This document shows, piece by piece, positions 58,586 through 64,000 of a stretch of DNA of 64,000 nt. The first letter of the stretch is position 1, and each line of letters opens with the position of its first letter. The notes beneath the pieces were generated by a model. That model was not told the DNA's origin and searched no databases. It saw only the letters and a list, made by a program, of their open reading frames with translations. Position numbers and translations under genes: made by a program. The stretch lies in IMG/VR virus record IMGVR_UViG_3300021964_010723; one strand, given 5' to 3'. Source of the stretch: a virus (lineage: Duplodnaviria > Caudoviricetes).

Positions 58586-61500
58586 TTAATAAAACTCTTT
58601 CAATAAACCTGCGTTCTTTAATAATCTTGTAAAATCAGTACTTGAATTGTCTTTCTTTCTTAGATTTTTTTGGTACTGCTCATAATCTTCTTTCCCACTA
58701 CTAGATAGCTCGTCTTTTGCTTTATTAATCACATCTTTAAGTGGTCCTTCCGGACGTTTGTTTGCAGCAGACTGCACCGATGAATCCGGAGCGTCATTAA
58801 CTTTATTTGCATCTTGATTTTGTACAGGAATTTTTCCAACCTTGTCATTTACTGTAGATGTTTGTTTTTGTTGTCCAAGTTCGCTGTGGAATTGGTCTAT
58901 CTTGTTTACCCGCTCCCGCTCTGTGTCACTATCTGCCGGAACTACCCTGTCTGTTGCGTTGTATTGACTTAACGTAGGTAAACCTGTTGGCCGCTCACCT
59001 ACAGTCTTAATCACCTTCCCATCTGCGCTATGTATTTTAAACCTGCCCCCTTGTAGAGGTCCAGTGTAGTATGCTGGTCTTGTACCTTGACCTGCTCCTA
59101 GATTGTTTCCACCTTGTCCGCCGCCTTGTAAATGACTTGCAGTTCCAGCTTCTTGTCTATTCCGGTATTCTTGTTTTTGAGGAAGATCACCTTTGTATTC
59201 TTGACCCTCTTGTCCTCTTCTAACTTCTGTACCATTTGCATCGAATTCGGCCCATACTTTTTGCCTCATCTGTCCGCCTGAATTTATGATATCATAATAT
59301 ACAGCTTCGCCTGGGGTTTTGCCTGTGCCCACCGCAGATCCTAGCCTGTTTCCACCTTGTCCGCCGCCTTGATTATGACTTGCTACGTCATGATTAAATT
59401 TACGTTCTCGTTCAGCTTTCTTTTTAGCTAATGCAGCATCACCAAAAGAAGAGCCGGTCCATAAGTCACGTGTTTCACCTGGGTCACCCTTGTTTGCGTC
59501 TAGCTCTGCATTAGTTGCTTTAAATTGTGCAAACTTATCTGCTTGAGCTTGATCAATGAATTGTAAATTCCTACTTTTCAGCATATCAATAATTGCTTTA
59601 TAAGCGGCTTGGCTCATATCTTTTGATATTTGACGTGCAATTTTGTAAGATCCACCATTGGCAGTCTTTTCGCTAACAATATTCAAAGTATCGCTTATAT
59701 TTGCTCCAGCATTACTTTCACTATCTCTTATTCTATCAACATAATATGTCCTTGATTGCGGCAGCTTTAGCAAATTGTTAATTTCTGTTGGCAACGGTAT
59801 AAATCTTTCATAATGTAATTTATCTGTTCTGCGTTGTTGTCCAAACTTTTTACCAAACACACTACCTACTTTACTTGCTGCCTGTCTGCCATCAGCTGAG
59901 GGTCGATCTGACCGACCGCTAGTCGGTGTAGTTTGACCGGTATCAGTAGTTGCTTGCCCGGCTGCTTGCAATGCATCTGCTGCGTCTAGATCAGTTGGTT
60001 CTGAAGGTTTACCCTCTTCTCCACTCTTAACCGTTGGACTTACATCACCTCTTTTTTCAGGTTCTTGTGGTTCTTGCTTTGTGATACCAAATCTTTTGTA
60101 TACATCATCAACTGTATTAGTGCTACTCATTTGTATAGAAGCAGGTAATAAGTTTTTATTAAGTTGAGCTTGTGCAACTGCTTTGTGTTGCGGATTGTCA
60201 AAATCAACTGCTTCAACACTGTACTCGCCAAATGGTAACATATCTGGCATTTTATTACTGAAGTCAGTTTTCCTTGCTTTTGAAGAAACAACCATAGGAC
60301 TATTCATAAATGAGTTTCTATGAGTGATCAACCCTGTCAATCCCATAGCTTTCGCTACATGTCCGTAAAATGCGCTAAATTTCATTCGGTCTGTGTCAAA
60401 CCCATCTAAATCCATTGCTGCTGCTGCCTCGGCTTGTTTTATTAAATTCTCAGGTGAAGGATTATTTATAACAGCCATTACTTGATCGTTAAATACACCA
60501 TAATTTGTATCGCTACCTGGAGCTTTAATCGCCATTGCTTTCTTTAATGTATCAGGTGTATTACCTTGTTTTTTAGGATCATATTTAAGCTGATTTGTTA
60601 ATTGCTCTTTACTTGATATTAAAGGTGCAAAATCTGCAACTTCTTGTGGCGTAATTAATTTCCTTTTTTCTGCATCTTTAAATGCTTGTTCAATTGCTGT
60701 CAAATCTTCTATATCTGCGCTGGACATTTTTGCTCCAGCTTCACTTAGGATATTTAATATTTGTCTTATACTGTTTGCTGGAGTTGATTCGGGAACTTTG
60801 CTATAACTCCTGCCTTTTCCTGTACCAGCTGTGTATCGACGCAAGATCTTTCTATAAACTTTTTTATAATCTTCTACTGTTTTAGAACTTAAAGGAGGCA
60901 ATTCTTTATTAAGATGCATCTTACCTTTAAGTGTTACTTTTGGAAGGGCACCGCCTGTTGCAGTTTTTTCTTCGCTATTAGGATCTGCAGAATTAAGTTT
61001 ATTAATAAATTTAGGAATTACAGCATTAGGTAAAAATCCTAATCTAAATTGCTTGTATGCAATTTTTTTCATATCTGCATCTTTTTCTACTGCAGTTACA
61101 TCTTTCGTTACATGCTCACCATTCATGAATAATCTTTTATCCATATCTGATAGATCCCCAAAAAAGTTAGGCTGTCTTGGAGTTGTTTCAGCAAAAGTTA
61201 CTGTCTTGCCATCTAGGTTAAATATACCTTTCCACCCAAGTCTTTTAGCAATAGATCCATACATTTGCGCTTTCATTGTTGAATGTAAAACTGGCAGGTT
61301 TCTAACCTCCTTGTTCATTTTTTCAATTTTTTGTTCAGCTGCTTTGATTGTTTGCAAGTTTGTATTTTTAAGGACAGATTGGATTATATCATAAAAGTCG
61401 CCATAGGTTTCTTTTTGTTTAGCATCATATCTATCTTTACCAAAATCTCTATTATCATCGAACGGACCACTATCTATACCTGATATATCGTAATCACGTT

Positions 61501-62794
61501 TTTTAAGTTCTAAATCTCTGTAAGCTTTTAGTGCTTCAGGAGGTAATTCTTTTTTTACTTTTGCAAATTGCTGTTGCAGTAGTTTCCAGTTTGCCTTGTC
61601 TTGATCAGACATTTCTGTTTTTTCAGTTAACGTGTTTAGATAAGATCTTATACTCTCAGCAATAGTTAGAGTATTCTTGTAAGCGACTGATTCATTTCCG
61701 GATTTATCTTTGAATGCTACATATCTAGTTAATAATCCATTACCTAATTCAATCCATTGTTTCCAATTGTACTTGTTAAGAGCAGGTACAGGTTTTCCAT
61801 TCCATTCAACTTCGTCTCTCTTAAAACCTTTTGATCCAGCTTGCATCTGTTGTGCCATGCCGCTTTGAGAAGGTAGATCTTTTAAGCCATACATATCTAC
61901 GTATTGGTCTGCATCTCTATTATCAAGTGCTCCTAATTCATATTGTGCTTGAGCTATTTCTTTATGGGTTTCGTCATTTGGATCTGCCTTTGTGCTTGAC
62001 CCATCTGCAAAATATATATTACCTTTAAATAATAATCCTTGCAAACCAAATTTTTCTGCAACTAATGCATAATATTTTGTAGTATATTTTCGTATTTCTT
62101 TTGTTGGTAATCGGTCTGTAAGCAAAAAATCTTCTACTTCTGCTCTACCTTTAGATATAGCTTTTTTAAGATTGTTTTTATCTAGGACATATACAATGTT
62201 CTTAATCCTTTCAAGGTGACCGTCACGGTCTTTTTGATCTTTTGATACTCTGTTGCTAGGATCAATTTGACTCTGCATACCCATGCCACTTTGCTTAGGT
62301 AAATTTTCTAAATCTGTGGCGATCGCATCTTGTTCAACATCATCAGCATTACCTGTAAATGTTCCTGTAGATTTTGTTCCTGGATCAAATCCACTTGATC
62401 CTCCTAATGCTGGATCAGAAGAATCTGTTGCTGCAAAATAAATTTTATCTCTTCTACGAATAATATTTTTGAATGCATCTCTAGCAGGTCCGGGAACAGT
62501 TTTATTAGCCTGTATAATTACCTTTTTCCAGTAATTCCAACGATCATCTAAATCTTTACGTTTTTGTCGTTTCTTAAAAGCAGATTCAGCCTCTAACAAA
62601 GCAAACATATCTTTGACACTTGTTATAGAATCTCTAATTTTATCTCTAATTTTATCTCTATATCCAGTATCGTCAATTTCTGGTTCGGATAAGCCTAATA
62701 TTTCTTCATATTCATCAATTAGATCGTTGCCGATGTTTACCCACAATTTCCAATTATCCTTAGAAGGCTTTGCAACTTTTCGTAGATCCTTCAT
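58586..62794 (-). CDS. 1402-aa internally repeated protein, probably an internal head protein
   Basis: Duplicated NWKxWxxxGN module; triple Y.xxA..xGxxG/HK..A..Q module; 25-nt repeat at 59104 and 59347. Confidence 0.65.
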   Translation of the reverse strand: MKDLRKVAKPSKDNWKLWVNIGNDLIDEYEEILGLSEPEIDDTGYRDKIRDKIRDSITSVKDMFALLEAESAFKKRQKRKDLDDRWNYWKKVIIQANKTVPGPARDAFKNIIRRRDKIYFAATDSSDPALGGSSGFDPGTKSTGTFTGNADDVEQDAIATDLENLPKQSGMGMQSQIDPSNRVSKDQKDRDGHLERIKNIVYVLDKNNLKKAISKGRAEVEDFLLTDRLPTKEIRKYTTKYYALVAEKFGLQGLLFKGNIYFADGSSTKADPNDETHKEIAQAQYELGALDNRDADQYVDMYGLKDLPSQSGMAQQMQAGSKGFKRDEVEWNGKPVPALNKYNWKQWIELGNGLLTRYVAFKDKSGNESVAYKNTLTIAESIRSYLNTLTEKTEMSDQDKANWKLLQQQFAKVKKELPPEALKAYRDLELKKRDYDISGIDSGPFDDNRDFGKDRYDAKQKETYGDFYDIIQSVLKNTNLQTIKAAEQKIEKMNKEVRNLPVLHSTMKAQMYGSIAKRLGWKGIFNLDGKTVTFAETTPRQPNFFGDLSDMDKRLFMNGEHVTKDVTAVEKDADMKKIAYKQFRLGFLPNAVIPKFINKLNSADPNSEEKTATGGALPKVTLKGKMHLNKELPPLSSKTVEDYKKVYRKILRRYTAGTGKGRSYSKVPESTPANSIRQILNILSEAGAKMSSADIEDLTAIEQAFKDAEKRKLITPQEVADFAPLISSKEQLTNQLKYDPKKQGNTPDTLKKAMAIKAPGSDTNYGVFNDQVMAVINNPSPENLIKQAEAAAAMDLDGFDTDRMKFSAFYGHVAKAMGLTGLITHRNSFMNSPMVVSSKARKTDFSNKMPDMLPFGEYSVEAVDFDNPQHKAVAQAQLNKNLLPASIQMSSTNTVDDVYKRFGITKQEPQEPEKRGDVSPTVKSGEEGKPSEPTDLDAADALQAAGQATTDTGQTTPTSGRSDRPSADGRQAASKVGSVFGKKFGQQRRTDKLHYERFIPLPTEINNLLKLPQSRTYYVDRIRDSESNAGANISDTLNIVSEKTANGGSYKIARQISKDMSQAAYKAIIDMLKSRNLQFIDQAQADKFAQFKATNAELDANKGDPGETRDLWTGSSFGDAALAKKKAERERKFNHDVASHNQGGGQGGNRLGSAVGTGKTPGEAVYYDIINSGGQMRQKVWAEFDANGTEVRRGQEGQEYKGDLPQKQEYRNRQEAGTASHLQGGGQGGNNLGAGQGTRPAYYTGPLQGGRFKIHSADGKVIKTVGERPTGLPTLSQYNATDRVVPADSDTERERVNKIDQFHSELGQQKQTSTVNDKVGKIPVQNQDANKVNDAPDSSVQSAANKRPEGPLKDVINKAKDELSSSGKEDYEQYQKNLRKKDNSSTDFTRLLKNAGLLKEFY

Positions 62795-62797
62795 AGA

Positions 62798-63307
62798 TTA
62801 TTTTTCCTTTGCGATTCCTTTAGTCGGATCATATTCGTTTTCTTTTTTTGCAGTTTCTAATTCTTTTAACAGATCCATAACCCTATTTTGTCCAACTTGA
62901 TCCTGTGCAGATTCTCCGCCGAGTTCTTCTTTAGTAAGCAGTGTTTCGTATTGTGTAGGTTCTTTTTCTTCTTGATACTTTTCTGTTTCGTCATTTTCGC
63001 CACGTACTCGCAAATGACTCGCAGGATAATCAGTATTAAGTGTTAGATAACTTTCTAACACATGACTTGTAGTTGGATATCCTACTTCTGCATCAAAAGT
63101 TGTAACTTCGCAGTTGGTCAATTGAGGAAAGTCTAATGGTCTTTCAGTAATAGGAGTTGTTTTGCCTTTGGAAAAGCTAACAACTTCGTACTTGTTAAGA
63201 GCAGTTTCAAGCTTATCAACAAAACCTTCTGGTAGTTCTCCAGCAGCTCTAATTTTAAATTTATAAGTTTTTTTCGATTCGGTTAAAAATTCTTTAAGTG
63301 ATTTCAT
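62798..63307 (-). CDS. Hypothetical late protein with CTS-like N-terminus
   Basis: MKSLKEFLTES; TAAATA upstream. Confidence 0.65.
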   Translation of the reverse strand: MKSLKEFLTESKKTYKFKIRAAGELPEGFVDKLETALNKYEVVSFSKGKTTPITERPLDFPQLTNCEVTTFDAEVGYPTTSHVLESYLTLNTDYPASHLRVRGENDETEKYQEEKEPTQYETLLTKEELGGESAQDQVGQNRVMDLLKELETAKKENEYDPTKGIAKEK

Positions 63308-63327
63308 TGCAATAATCCTAGTTTTAT

Positions 63328-63816
63328 CTATTTATCCATATTTTTTAGTTTTTCTAACAGGCTGTTACGATCTGTAACTAAGACTCCTTCGCCTTGAATA
63401 ATATTTTGCTCTGGATTAGCTTCTTTATCTAATTTTTCTTTCTTTAATTGTAACTCGACCATTTTTAACTTTTTATCTAATTTTGCTACTTTGCTATCTA
63501 GATTAACTTTTAACATTTGGCCAGCAACTTCGAAAATTCGACCACTAAATCTTGCTTCTACGTTCATACCTAAATCCATTAAGTCATCATATGCTGCCAT
63601 AGATTTTTCACTAACTTCATCTAGTTCTGCATCTCCTATATCTCCTAAACCTTTTACACTAGGTAATGCTGCTGCAATCTTATCATATTCTTGTAATTGT
63701 TCTAGGGTTTCAGTTGGAATATGGGTTTTTTTTGGTTTTTTTTGTTGCTTGTCGTCTTGGTTAATTATATCTTTTGATTCTGGTAAGTTTAGCAAATCTT
63801 CTAATTTTTTTGTCAT
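63328..63816 (-). CDS. Possible terminase small subunit (gp16-like)
   Basis: Helical DLMDLGMNVEARFSGRIFEVAGQMLK...KLQLKK pattern; head-packaging context. Confidence 0.45.
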   Translation of the reverse strand: MTKKLEDLLNLPESKDIINQDDKQQKKPKKTHIPTETLEQLQEYDKIAAALPSVKGLGDIGDAELDEVSEKSMAAYDDLMDLGMNVEARFSGRIFEVAGQMLKVNLDSKVAKLDKKLKMVELQLKKEKLDKEANPEQNIIQGEGVLVTDRNSLLEKLKNMDK

Positions 63817-63846
63817 GACAAATTCTCTAATAATTACTATTTATTA

Positions 63847-64000
63847 TTACCTCCTTGCGCCATAATGAAAAATGTCATTTTCAGTAATTACTCTAAAAAT
63901 AATTCCTTGCTTTTTGCACCACATTTTTGCAGCAGCCCATTTAGCCTGATTTAAAATATAGTGTGCTTGATTATTCCTACTACGCCCAGTTTTTTCCTTA
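63847..64000 (-). CDS. Partial head-completion nuclease (gp4-like), C-terminus
   Basis: Hand-translated NQAKWAAAKMWCKKQGIIFRVITENDIF. Confidence 0.75.
   Translation of the reverse strand, partial: KEKTGRSRNNQAHYILNQAKWAAAKMWCKKQGIIFRVITENDIFHYGARR

Overview
A 64-kb segment of a large lytic tailed-phage genome with a T4-like core, probably infecting an alphaproteobacterium (inferred from its C4-pathway ALA synthase). The right half (minus strand) carries replication, recombination and packaging genes: gp41-like helicase, primase, clamp-loader-like subunit, UvsW, UvsY, UvsX/RecA, gp32, large terminase and a partial gp4. They are interleaved with a large glycan-modification cluster, auxiliary genes (fpr with a CDGSH-like N-terminus, def, carbamoyltransferase, PRTase), two truncated DnaE homologs and an ExbB/ExbD-like membrane module. 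The left half has hemA-ybaN, a lysin, five tRNAs, one non-canonical tRNA-like gene and a stand-alone 1847-aa virion protein. The most striking structure is at 18.3-24.6 kb: 11 repeated sigma70-type promoter cassettes (17-bp spacer, TATACT). They fall into two classes, one with an A-tract and one with a palindromic operator whose right arm starts exactly 32 bp before the -35 in all five cases. Most cassettes add a boxB-like GAGC-N5-GCTC leader hairpin and an SD-occluding hairpin, and an ORF at 9949 has a P22-N-like arginine-rich motif. All calls come from motif reading by eye; no database searches were run.
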